NCBI GenBank assembly: GCA_964487665.1
Contig: CAZARR010000001.1
Span: forward strand, 19,982-83,981
Reading direction: 5' to 3'
Source: an uncultured Pseudomonadales bacterium
GTDB lineage: Bacteria; Patescibacteriota; Microgenomatia; UBA1400; MFAQ01
Length of the DNA: 64,000 nt
The notes under the pieces were generated by a model. The model was not told the origin of the DNA, did not search any database, and was given only the letters and a program-made list of their open reading frames with translations. A program made the position numbers and the translations under genes. This document shows, piece after piece, positions 47,844 to 59,100 of this stretch; the stretch's first letter is position 1, and each line of letters opens with the position of its first letter.

Positions 47844-48129
47844 CGAACAACAGGAGAATGACCAAGTAGTGTTCGAGGCATTGCAGAAGCTACTAGTTAA
47901 CCAAGTAGCTATGTTCGACCACGATACCATCAAGCGAGCGTATGAAGCAGTAGAGCAGTCACGTAAGCGTTACGAGGCAGCAGGTTTTCTTGTAAGCTCG
48001 CCACGAGAGTACAACGATACTTGTAACCGTATGAAAGTGATGAAAGAGGTGAACGATGCAATCATGCAGTTGGTGGATGCAGTCAACAAGCTGCATGAGG
48101 TACAAGCTATAAAAGGAGGTAAAACATAA
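47836..48129 (+). CDS. Hypothetical protein
   Basis: AGGAGG RBS. Confidence 0.7.
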   Translation: MNDEQQENDQVVFEALQKLLVNQVAMFDHDTIKRAYEAVEQSRKRYEAAGFLVSSPREYNDTCNRMKVMKEVNDAIMQLVDAVNKLHEVQAIKGGKT

Positions 48130-48683
48130 TGGACACATCATATCATAGGCTGCACTGCGCTGACATGAGCCTTGTACGTCAGTTCATTATGGAGCACTTC
48201 GTAGAGCGTTACGGTGATAGCCTTGCACACTCGCCTGTCGATGAGGAAGGACTAAGCAATGGCTTATCCACATGGGACGAGCAGGACGATAGCGCACTGA
48301 TGGAGTACAGCACTAAGCACGTAGGTGTCGAGTTCATCATGGTACAAGCTGACTATGCGGGCACCACGTCGGAGCCGAGTGGCATATACGCTATCTTCAA
48401 AGATGGTGTCGTTACCTTCATCCAAGGCATACGATGGTTCACCGATGACCGTCCCTTTGTCTTTGAGGCATACCTGCTATCGAAAGACTGGTGGCGCGGC
48501 AATGGCGACGACTACCACAAGAAGCAGAGTAAGCACAGCATCATAGTCGATGAGACGTGCATCTACTTCGGCGAGGAGCGTTACCGCAAGCCACAGAGCG
48601 AACAGGAGGCGGAGTGTATGCTGTATATGCTCGGCATTAACAACCAGCGCCCGGAGGTGTTGGACATACGGAGACTACCATGA
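48129..48683 (+). CDS. Hypothetical protein
   Basis: AGGAGG RBS. Confidence 0.7.
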   Translation: MDTSYHRLHCADMSLVRQFIMEHFVERYGDSLAHSPVDEEGLSNGLSTWDEQDDSALMEYSTKHVGVEFIMVQADYAGTTSEPSGIYAIFKDGVVTFIQGIRWFTDDRPFVFEAYLLSKDWWRGNGDDYHKKQSKHSIIVDETCIYFGEERYRKPQSEQEAECMLYMLGINNQRPEVLDIRRLP

Positions 48684-49045
48684 GCGAAAAGGTGATACGA
48701 TACTACATGCCAAGCAGTGGAAGCGAGGGCGACTTCTTCATAGAGAAGTGGTGCATGAACTGCGCCAGCAGCAACCAGTACCAGAGCGATGTCATAATAG
48801 TGCAGCACGGCTCGGTACAATGCAGCATACTCGATGATAGCATGATGAGCAACCACGTTGACCAATGGCGGTATGGAGATGATGGCAAGCCTATGTGCAC
48901 AGGGTTCAAGCGGCACGATTGGGAGCAGGGTGCGCCACAGAGTACTACGCCAAACCCTAACCAGTTGGAGATATGGGACGCCGATGCGTGTGTCATAAAG
49001 AAAGAGATGACACGCGATGAGATAAAAGACGAAGGAACAAGATAA
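48680..49045 (+). CDS. Small Cys-containing (possible Zn-binding) protein
   Basis: PSSGSEG..F...WCMNC...CSI...PMC. Confidence 0.7.
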   Translation: MSEKVIRYYMPSSGSEGDFFIEKWCMNCASSNQYQSDVIIVQHGSVQCSILDDSMMSNHVDQWRYGDDGKPMCTGFKRHDWEQGAPQSTTPNPNQLEIWDADACVIKKEMTRDEIKDEGTR

Positions 49046-49056
49046 GGAGTAACAAC

Positions 49057-49091
49057 AAAGGGGGTACACCATCGCGGCGTATCCCCTTTTT
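49057..49091. terminator. Bidirectional terminator between convergent blocks
   Basis: AAAG-GGGGTACACC-ATCGC-GGCGTATCCCC-TTTT. Confidence 0.75.
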
Positions 49092-49125
49092 CCTTCTATG
49101 GCAAACAAAAGACCAATGAAACACC

Positions 49126-50115
49126 TTATCGTCCAAACGTATCTTGTAGCATCTGTAACATCTCCGGTTGCGGGTGTATGTCGCTCTTACTGCCCTCTTT
49201 GCGTAGGCTCGTATGGCTCACCAAGCCCCTTTTTCCTTCTATCGCCGCTGTGTCAGTCCTAAGCCACGTCCAGTCCATGTAGTCCCTCTTGTCGGGTATG
49301 AAGTAGCCACCATCGCGTAGTGCCTTCAGTAGCACCTTGACAGCCTCTATCTGCTCCGGCGTATAACGCTCGAACCAATGGCTGCCATTCCACTTAGTAT
49401 CATACCGTATGCACATCTCCTCGTCCATATCGACACGCACCACATGTCCCGTCTTGCTATCTTTGTACTCGCGGTATGGCTTACCGTTCCTATCCTCCTT
49501 CAATGCGCCCCAGCAGCATATCTCTATCCCTATGCTACTCTGCGCCATGTACATCTCGTGGCTCTTACTGATGTGCTTATTGTCAGCCCGCATGTTGATA
49601 TGGTACGCCCACCATGCCAGCGGTGCCGTCTGTAAGATAGTACCATCGCTGCCAATACAGTAGTGCGTAGCATATCCCTTATCGTCGAAGTGCTGCGACA
49701 CATTGAAAGGGTTACCACCACTGACGGTATGGTGTAGCACCACCATCTTCTTCACTGTCGTCTCCTCGGTGAACTGCTTGACGTTATAGTTCAAGTGGTC
49801 GTAGCTCCACTTCACACCTGGCATAGAGCGCATATCCAAGTCGTCATAGAGCGATAGTATCATGCTCATCTCATCATGACTTATAATGCCATTGACAGGC
49901 AAGCTCATCATCTGCTGTAAGCCACGTACCGCCGCATCGGTAGCACTGCCATAGTCACCATCGACTACAGGCTTATACTTGCCATCCGTTAGCTCACCGA
50001 TAGAGTGCTGTATCAGCATCACCATGCGCTTATGAGCCTCGCCGCTCATCTTCCATGTGCCATGCGACGGCTCTGCGATACCGCCTTTGCTATATCCTCT
50101 CGTGTTTGCTATCAT
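49126..50115 (-). CDS. Endolysin: PG-binding domain + N-acetylmuramoyl-L-alanine amidase (Amidase_2)
   Basis: VDGDYGSATDAAVRGLQ...L.VNGII (PG_binding_1); VLHHT, ATHY.I..DG.I, AYH, SIGIEI, SH...KSD. Confidence 0.9.
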   Translation of the reverse strand: MIANTRGYSKGGIAEPSHGTWKMSGEAHKRMVMLIQHSIGELTDGKYKPVVDGDYGSATDAAVRGLQQMMSLPVNGIISHDEMSMILSLYDDLDMRSMPGVKWSYDHLNYNVKQFTEETTVKKMVVLHHTVSGGNPFNVSQHFDDKGYATHYCIGSDGTILQTAPLAWWAYHINMRADNKHISKSHEMYMAQSSIGIEICCWGALKEDRNGKPYREYKDSKTGHVVRVDMDEEMCIRYDTKWNGSHWFERYTPEQIEAVKVLLKALRDGGYFIPDKRDYMDWTWLRTDTAAIEGKRGLVSHTSLRKEGSKSDIHPQPEMLQMLQDTFGR

Positions 50116-50135
50116 AGTGTTTAGTCCCCATTGTG

Positions 50136-51266
50136 TTACGGTGATACCCGTATGCGTAAGTAAACGTTGAATGCTCGTGGTGCTATCGTCAGCGGTGTTA
50201 CAGGGTTAGCACCCCACGTGTCCGTCGTGCCACTGAAAGCATGGCTATGTATGCCATCGGTCTCTGTGTTGGTAAGGTTCTCACCTGACGCACCACCACC
50301 GTTGCCATCGACAACGACATAGCCGGCATCGGCTTCATGTACCCGTATCTGATGCGAGTGCTGACCATCGGTGTTTGTCGTACCTGTGAAGTCGTGCGTA
50401 TGCTGCGGTATGTTAGCCTCTACGAGAGAGATGTTATCACTACCCGTCATGGTACCTAACGCAACGCTGCTCGTCTTGACAGCACGTAGGTACGCATCAC
50501 TCGTTTGGTTAGGTAGCTGAAACGTAGCACCACCACCGCCATACGTATAACCTATCTTGGCAAAGAGGTCTGGATAGTTGGCTACGAGTAGCACCTGACC
50601 ATTGGGCTCCATGTACTTAGCACCCCACAGACCTGGAGGCTCGATAGTGGCTTCCACCTTGGCTACTGCTTTCACTTGCTCGGCATACAATGTATCGGCG
50701 ATGAAGTCGGTGGCATCAGCAAGGGCACGCTGGTACTGCGCCAATATGTTCAACGCTGACTGTAGCGTAGCAGGAGCATTGAGAGTAAGCGTAGCAACGC
50801 TATACGGGAAACCACCTTGTAGCTCTTTGACACTGACGTTCTGTGTCGTGTTGATATCATCGGCATCATAGACGGCTGGTGCAGGAGGGACGAAGTTGAG
50901 TGCTATCTCGATATCCTCTATCCCCTTGCCGCTCTCGTCATCACCATCAACAGGAGTACCGCGCACCACCGGCGTCAGTGTTACGTTAGCTCCTGCTATC
51001 AGCTTTGGTAGCTGCTGCGGCTGCACGAACGTCTTGAACCCCAAGGGGCTCTCACCCGCTTGGTCGCTGCCGTCCCTGTTGTTCACCTTGTCATCGCTTG
51101 TGCTCTTGACTATGCCAGCCTTCGTCTTTGTTGGAGTGTCCTCTACATGGCGGAAGAAAGGCACGCTATCGAGTAGGTCGCGAAAGGTCTCCTCCGTAGG
51201 TATGTCGCCATTCTTTAGCTTATCCAATAGTGGTCCAAAGAACCACTCCCTTTTCTGTCTGCTCAT
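50136..51266 (-). CDS. Tail fibre with tail-collar domain
   Basis: NGQVL....YPDLFAKIGYTYGG.G.TFQLPN collar motif; HxH repeats (PQHTH, HSHQ, HSHA). Confidence 0.85.
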   Translation of the reverse strand: MSRQKREWFFGPLLDKLKNGDIPTEETFRDLLDSVPFFRHVEDTPTKTKAGIVKSTSDDKVNNRDGSDQAGESPLGFKTFVQPQQLPKLIAGANVTLTPVVRGTPVDGDDESGKGIEDIEIALNFVPPAPAVYDADDINTTQNVSVKELQGGFPYSVATLTLNAPATLQSALNILAQYQRALADATDFIADTLYAEQVKAVAKVEATIEPPGLWGAKYMEPNGQVLLVANYPDLFAKIGYTYGGGGATFQLPNQTSDAYLRAVKTSSVALGTMTGSDNISLVEANIPQHTHDFTGTTNTDGQHSHQIRVHEADAGYVVVDGNGGGASGENLTNTETDGIHSHAFSGTTDTWGANPVTPLTIAPRAFNVYLRIRVSP

Positions 51267-51278
51267 ACGATATGATGT

Positions 51279-51797
51279 TTATACGTTATACAATAGGTTG
51301 GTATCATCGGGCATGCTCGGTGGCACATCGGCACGTCGTTGCTTATCCACTTGGAACAATATGCTATTACAGCCTGTGTTGCCTTGTATCTGCATGACGG
51401 AGATACCATCGGGTAGTGGTCGTACACCGGCGATGCGTAGCAGTGGTCTTATGTCCAGACCATGACAGTCAGCCTCCTTGATGAGGCACATCACCATGTC
51501 GTCCGGCACGAAGCTACCAAGGGGCAGCACATCGGGGCAGCCGTCATCATCGCTATCCGTTGCGTACCATGTGTTATAGTCCCATGCACGCCAATAGACC
51601 GATACGAGGTAGAACAGCACCCGTGTCAAGGTGTCGTGTCGCTTATGGTAGCCGCTGACATCAATGCCGAAGCGTGCCTTCTGCGGCACTACGGTAAGGT
51701 AGTCTTGATAGTATGGTCGTGCTGCACTCAACAGGTTGCCATACCACTGACTAAAGCAGGTGTTGAACAGTGCGTTATCCACAGCACCCTCCCCCAC
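51279..51797 (-). CDS. Hypothetical structural protein
   Basis: 172 aa in the tail cluster. Confidence 0.6.
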   Translation of the reverse strand: MGEGAVDNALFNTCFSQWYGNLLSAARPYYQDYLTVVPQKARFGIDVSGYHKRHDTLTRVLFYLVSVYWRAWDYNTWYATDSDDDGCPDVLPLGSFVPDDMVMCLIKEADCHGLDIRPLLRIAGVRPLPDGISVMQIQGNTGCNSILFQVDKQRRADVPPSMPDDTNLLYNV

Positions 51798-53097
51798 CGC
51801 CGCTTATTGTCGGTGTGAATGGCTGATGCAGCGTAACGGTACTCGGCACTATGCCATTCTCGCCACAGGCACCACACGTCTTATCTGTCGGGCAGCCACA
51901 GCCCTCTATCATCTTATACCATCTATCCCATAGCAGCACTGTTGGCTGTAGTCGTGCGAGGTTCGCCGCTTGGTCATCGTGTAGGTTGCCGAACTGCCAT
52001 ATATGATGCTCCTGCAATAGTGGCATTATACCCCATACCGTAAGGCGCATCACCTCGTCTAACCACTTCTCTCCCGTTGGTGGGTTCTCACAACGTGGAG
52101 CGCAAGGGTCGTAGCAACAGAGCCATTCGCGCATCTTGGTCTGTAAGCAGTTCCAGAAGCGGCACCACTCCCATAGTGTCGTACACCATTGTATCTCTAC
52201 ATCAGTCAGTGTACCTTGCGCCAAGGTGAAGACAAGCTCGGGGCACTCCTCATTGAGCGGTATGATGATACCTGCTATCTCATCAGGTCCGGGTACGTCA
52301 AACGGTGTCCCTGCATTCGATATGCTACCTATGACCAACGAACGGAAAGCATTGAACTGGTCGTTATCTGTTAGGTCGTAGTAGCTCGGTGGTGGTGTAA
52401 TCTGCTCAACGCCGTCTATTAGTACCGACGTAACGAAGTCGTAACCCGGAGGCGATGAGGGCGCGAAGTAGGCGCATGCCTTAACGACAGGGCTATAGTT
52501 GACACCATCGACAGTCCAACGGTTCACCACTGCACCACCGATGTAGCCCACGAGTAAGCGATAGCCTGTAGTGTCAGGGTATAACACGTCCCATCCACCA
52601 GTCATGACGTTACCCGGCGCGAACATATTAGCTACATATGCTTGTCCTGTACCTACGCCATAGTTGGTTAGTGCCGTCAGCATGTTAGCGGGCACACCAA
52701 GTGTCGAGGCACCATCAACACCTGCATCGTACAGTGTTATGTTATTCACTGTGTCGCGCACTATGGTGATAGCATCGCCTACGTTCTTAACCCCTATGTC
52801 GAAGACGGCGATATGCATTACAAGGGCTGTCACATCAACGGTGTCAGTAACGGTGAGTACCTGACAGCCACCAGTACCAGTAACGGAGTACATACCATCT
52901 GCCGGCAGTATGATGTTGTACGTTCCGAGTGGTGCTATGGTGAACTGCACGCTATAAGGAGTGGAGCCCGACGTCAGCCGCGTAACGGTAACGGTCTGCT
53001 CACACTCCGTCTTATTGTGTAGCGTGTAGTCGTAGCACTTGCTCTTCGTTATCCGTATATGGTCGTTCTCATTATACGGTGCTTCACTACATAACAT
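51775..53097 (-). CDS. Hypothetical structural protein, Cys-rich
   Basis: 440 aa; beta-rich N-terminus, Cys-cluster C-terminus. Confidence 0.65.
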   Translation of the reverse strand: MLCSEAPYNENDHIRITKSKCYDYTLHNKTECEQTVTVTRLTSGSTPYSVQFTIAPLGTYNIILPADGMYSVTGTGGCQVLTVTDTVDVTALVMHIAVFDIGVKNVGDAITIVRDTVNNITLYDAGVDGASTLGVPANMLTALTNYGVGTGQAYVANMFAPGNVMTGGWDVLYPDTTGYRLLVGYIGGAVVNRWTVDGVNYSPVVKACAYFAPSSPPGYDFVTSVLIDGVEQITPPPSYYDLTDNDQFNAFRSLVIGSISNAGTPFDVPGPDEIAGIIIPLNEECPELVFTLAQGTLTDVEIQWCTTLWEWCRFWNCLQTKMREWLCCYDPCAPRCENPPTGEKWLDEVMRLTVWGIMPLLQEHHIWQFGNLHDDQAANLARLQPTVLLWDRWYKMIEGCGCPTDKTCGACGENGIVPSTVTLHQPFTPTISGGGGGCCG

Positions 53098-53118
53098 ATT
53101 ATCGTGTTTTAAGTGTTA

Positions 53119-56100
53119 CTAATACTCGTTATCCCACTTGCCATCAGCACCACGTTCGCCAATGATAAGGTCTTCATATAGCATCTTGGTGTTACGATAT
53201 GTACCAGAGAATGACGACGCCCAGCCATCTGCTACGTCACCGATGTACTCCTTAGCATCTTTATCTCGCTTGCTGATAGTGCCGTCCTTATTGACTATAT
53301 CCTGCTCGAAGCCAAGTCTATAAGGTAGTAATACCGTCTCCCATACATTGCTCACTGTGCCGCCAAGCATAGATAGTATAGCATTAGGCTTGCTCTTGAC
53401 ATCGTTGTACATAGACAACGGATAGCCGGCAGCAAGCTGTTCGCGTAACCCCTCGACGAAGACATAACGCACCGTCTCCTCACCCATGCTATCCTCCTTC
53501 TCCTCATCATCGTCGAGTAGTGCCTGCAAGACAGCCATCCCTATACCTACGACAGCGCCATGTAAGATAAGCAATAATACGTTACGAGTGCGCCAACTGT
53601 TCCATTCTATCTTCTTACCACTACGCATATCACGTACAGCCTTGAACATAGCACCTATGGTCTGCACTATGCCCTCAACAGGACGACCAACCCATACCAC
53701 CTTACCATTCACTACCGTCTTACCGCCAAGCAGGTCTTCCTCATCCGATGGTCTATACCATGTCTGTAATAGGTTGAGCATATAGGAACGCATCGTCAGT
53801 GCAGCACGACCCAAGCCGAAGCCTTGTAAGTGCGACTTCATAGTAGGGTCTGTCATCTCGCCAGCGAAACGCTCCACGATAGCACGTATGCGGTGCATCT
53901 CCTTGGTGTCATACGGAGCAGCCAACGTATCGCTATCCTTTGCCGTTATGCCCTCTCGCTTCTGTCTATGCAGCGTGTCCTCCAATAGCAGCTTACCATT
54001 ATCTGTCAAGACACCATCTTTGTAGAAACGCTTATCCTTAGTCTGGTCATATACGAGCTTGCCATCAACCATATCGAAGGCATCATAGATACCCTCTTCT
54101 ATGAGTTGTGCTGTCATGCCTAATAGCTTGGTGTAATACTCACCATACCACATACCTATCATGCCGGTATCGTTGTTCAAGGCATTGCCCTGTGTGGCGT
54201 TATAGCGTAAGTGGTTCAATAGGTCACGCTCGCTACGCCCTGTCGTATGCAGCAGCCTGTTGATAGCCTCTACCTTAGCCGACTGTGTAGTAAGCTCCGA
54301 TGTAGCACGCGCCACCGCCGATGTACCGAACAGACCACTACCGCTGACAGCATTCATCACACTGCCAAGTAGCACCTTAGAGGCGTTCGACACCATGTTC
54401 TTAACAGCAACGAGTGGAGCGAAAGCGAGACCAATAGAGTACACCGCCTTCTGCGCCACACCGACTACCTTATCAACCTCCACCATAGCACCCATCAGCT
54501 TTAGCTTGATGCTATCAGGCAGCTTACCGAATAGCGTCCTATCTGCATATACACGTACCACATCTTCCAAGTCCCTGCTATCAACACCACGCTCGCGTAA
54601 GCTACGTATGATATCCAATGCTATCTGTGCATCCTTGGCAGCACGAGACAGTAACCGCGCCCTTGCACTCTGGTTGATAGTGAAGTTGTATATGTCTTGT
54701 ACGTTATAGCTTAGATTACGTTGCATCGCCGCCTCTGCATCACCATCTACACGTAGCGTGCCGTCCTCATCAACGGAGATACCTAATAGCTTCATGCGTT
54801 GCTTACCACCATAGAGCACATCCTCATCGAACTGCTGCCACAATAATGAGTAGATGTTAGGCTTGTCAACACCGGTGTCAGGGTCGTAGAAGCTCTCACT
54901 CGGCGATTCGATGTTCATCAGGTTATCAACGGTGAGGCGCACATAGTCGCTCATCTGTCCCTGCTCTAACGCTGCCTCGGCACGCCGTGGCATAGCAGGT
55001 AGCATACCACCTTTCAGTAGCTTCTCTGCCTTCTCCTTAGATAGACGCTTACGTTCACTCTCCTCCTTGTATCTAACAGTACCATCGGTGATGTATAGGT
55101 ACTGTGCAAGCTCATCGACAAGGCGTTGGTGTATCTCCTTTCCAAGCAGTACCATCTCACGTGTGAGACCGCTGTTAGGGTCATTCAACGCCTTGATAGT
55201 ATCGGCATCGTTGAGGTCGGTGTGTAAGGCATGTATAGAGACGGTGATGCTCTTACCATTAGCATCTAATGCCTGCACCTTCTTGAACATAGGCATGAAT
55301 AGCTTATGCGCCCCACCGAGAATACCGAGCTTCTTATGCTTGTTGTTAAGCTCCTTCGTCTTACTCTGCATCCACTCGATATGAGGCGTTATGGTAGTAC
55401 GGACGGAGCGCAGCCCCTGCTCTATGCTATCACGAACCCACACCTTGATAGGGTTAGACCAACGGCTACTATCACGTATCCACTTCTCATCGAATGCCTC
55501 AAGCCCTATCGTCATAGGATTGTAACGACGTGTGCGTAGCTGTCTGTACCAGTCGGAAAGCATGATGTACTCGTCATCTTTCGCTATGCTATCTCTATCG
55601 CCATCATGTACTGTGCTGCGTAGCCATGATAGCCTGTTATAGACAAGCTGCTCCAGTATATCCATCATCTCGACATCGCCTTGCTGTGCCTTCTGCGCCG
55701 TCTCCATCATCTTATCTAACCATGTAACGCTATTGCCTTCCATGCGCGAGTGTAACGTCTGACTATATGCCAGTACGTTATCCAATACGTTGCCCATGTA
55801 ACGCTCGGCATCGAGTAGGCTCTTATCCTCCATGATAGAGAAGACACCACCCTCTAAGCGCTCCATGATGAAAGGGTCGTCCATGATGATACGCTGCACC
55901 TGACCAAGGAGGTCTGTCATGAGACGGTGCTGCATCTTAGAGGCATCCCATGACGATGCATTCACACTCGTAGTGCGCTTCCCTGTCGCCTTCATCAATG
56001 CCATACCTATGACAGCACCCTTGAGAGCCAATCGGCTGCCCATAGAGTTGTCTAACCGTATGCCACTCCTATCACGACCGCTGCGTACCAACACCTTAGA

Positions 56101-59100
56101 CAACGAGTGGTTGTTAGCACTAAGGTACTCGCCTGTTACCATCCATACCTCGTAACGCTCCATTGGCGTATCAGCATCTTTGACGACTACCATGCTCTCA
56201 TCGGTAACGGCAGCAGCAGGGACACCAAGCTTAACGATTTCATCACCTACTATCGCCTTATCGAGACCGGGGCGGAACCCTATCGCCTTTATCCATGTGC
56301 GTAGCTGCTGTGTGCGTAGCTCCTTAGTCTCCTCCTTAGAGTATAAGGACCAGTCTTTCCAGTTCGTTGCAGCAGCAGTGTACATCGTATCGCTGTCTGT
56401 ATTAGTAAGAGCATTGAGCCATGCAGCAAGACCATCAACGGGGCGTACCATAGCCTTGACGCTGCTCTCTAACGTAGCAACGGTGGCACGCACCTCGTCT
56501 TCTGTGTATCGCTTGCCATTCTGATGCTCCCATGCTATCACCTTGCCTGTCGGTGTAGTCCATAGCTTATGACCGCTGCGGTAGCTATTCATGGCACTAC
56601 GCATCAGCTTGGCACGTACAGGGTCGGTGCTGCCATCTCTACGGACGAAGACATCATCTATGTTACTCATCGTCATGCCACGTACAGCCGCTGTCGCCTG
56701 CGTCCTCAATGTCTTAGGCATGATAGACCACATAACAGGTGTTATCATGGTATTGGCTCCCTTCAACACCTGCTCTATGCGCTCCGATAGCTCGCCAAGG
56801 GTAGAAGCCATATTGACAATGGTAGTGTCTCCTTCTATCGCTTTACCCAATGTCTGTCGTATGGCATCATTAAGGCTCATGCCTATCATCGCCTCGACAC
56901 CTTGCTGCACCTCACGCTTGAGTCCCATTGACACTATCCCCTGACCGTAGTAGTGCCCTGTCTGTATCAGGTATGCCATCGCCTCCAACTGCAACGTCAT
57001 GTCATCGGCTCCGGGGTGTAGCTCCTCCACGATGCGCCACAATGGTGTCTCTCTAAGTGCATCTATCCATCTGCTCCACTGTGGGTCGTTTATCATAGCA
57101 GCAGACCATAGGTGTCCCCACTCGTGCAGCACGGCACCACTATCGGCAAGCTGACGTGATAGATAGACGATAGGAGTACCATCGGCTCCCGTCTCTATAT
57201 GTGCAGGCGTGTCATAGTCATCAACCCATACTGTCTGTATCGGCTTATTATCGAACTCGCTACCATATATCATGTTACTACCGAGCAGCGATACAAGCGA
57301 CTGTAGCATATCCTCGCCTTGCATCACACTGGTACGTTGGTTCAAGGTGCTGCGTACTATCGTATATGATGCGTTGCGATACACCAACTCCTCGCGTTTA
57401 TTCATGTAGCTATCACTAACACCTGTCACTATCGCTATGCTACCGTCAGCCATGTGCAATACATCACCTGTCTTATACGGGTGCCCTGTGACACGTCGTA
57501 TTGTTCCTTTGCCATCGTTGAGGTGGCTCGCCATCTGTGTAGCATCGAGGCGCACCTCACGCCACTGTGTACGACCATGATACATGACACCGTGTATGGC
57601 AGCCTCCTTGTCGGTCTGCTTGTCTAACCATGCCTTAGCGACACCGCTATTGAGCGCTGCTATGACACCTGCTATGTCGCCATTGGCATACTGCTGTATC
57701 ACACCGTTGAAGATAGTACGCAATGTATCAACGCTCTGTCCTGTCTGCTCCGCTATATCGGCAAGCATCGTCTCTGTACCTTTAGGGTTTACACGTAGGC
57801 GGGCATAGCTGTCATCGCTGCTATATGAGGTCTCCGAGATACCGACCTTGGTGGTCCACATCTCGATATCGCCTATCAGACCACTGCCACTACGCACCGT
57901 AGCATGCTCTATACCACTAAGCATATCACGCACCTTAGACCACTGCGATGCATCGGCAGCACTCATCTTACCGATGCTCTCCTTGGCAGCATGAACCCAG
58001 CGTACAAGGTAGTCTGCTACGTTGCCATAGCTGCTATCATCACGTAGCCGTACCTGCTTACCCGTACGTTGGCTATTAACCATCTCCATCAGCGATGCAA
58101 TGGCACGCGGCTCCGTAGTGCTAAGGATAGCAGCACGATATATCTGCAATAGCCTATCCTCCTCCGATGCTATGAATGCCTGACGGTCTAACGTTATGGT
58201 CTGCTCTCTCCAACGTCGCTTGATGCTCTCACGATGTGCATAATACTCATTCATTGACGATATACGCTCACGACCGGGCTGTACCTCGAAGGCAGGCTCA
58301 CCGTCTCTTGTGCTGCGCCATAGTGCCTCTACCGTCAAGCCACCAACGGTAGGTAACGATGTGACAGATAATGGGCTGCTGTCGAACACACCGACACGGA
58401 TAGCACCGATGCCACCATAGCGAGACCATGATAGGTTAGAGGCATTGCGTAGGTTAGCATGCACCTTGATACGCTTGCCGGCAATGTATATGTTAGTGGC
58501 ATAGTCCGATGCTGGACCGTTAGCACCGATAGGCGGCATACGCTCACCTTGTGCTACACCCTTACTGTCGAACCGCATCAACGGTACGTTGGTATGGTCA
58601 AGAACCTGCGTGAAGAAGTTACGCAATAGAGCAGGTAGCTCCTTTGTGTTGTCTTGCACGACAGGGTTAAGCATAGTGTCGATATGACGGCTATATGCCT
58701 TATGTAGCTTCGGTGTTATCACCTTGGCAAGACCACCCTTACGGCGGTACTCGAACCCGAACCGTAACACCTGATATAGCTCGAAGAGGTCGCGTAGGTC
58801 AGATGGTATATTAGCGAATCCTGTCCGTAGGCGTTGCATCATCACATCGTCATACTCGGCAAGGCGGGCAAGGGTGATATGCTCTGTCCCTCCCTGCGGT
58901 ATTATCTCCATCTCCTGCAATAGGAACTGCACCTCCGGCAGTCCTGTCCAGTCGAGAGAGCCGGTACGTGCCTTAGCATTACGCACCTCTGTCGCTAATA
59001 GTGCAGCGAGGTCAACGATAGCTCTGTTACGCCCCGGTGCTGTACGTAGGTCTATGTTGTAATACTTATTATCATGTAGCTGTATGTACGGAACACCATT

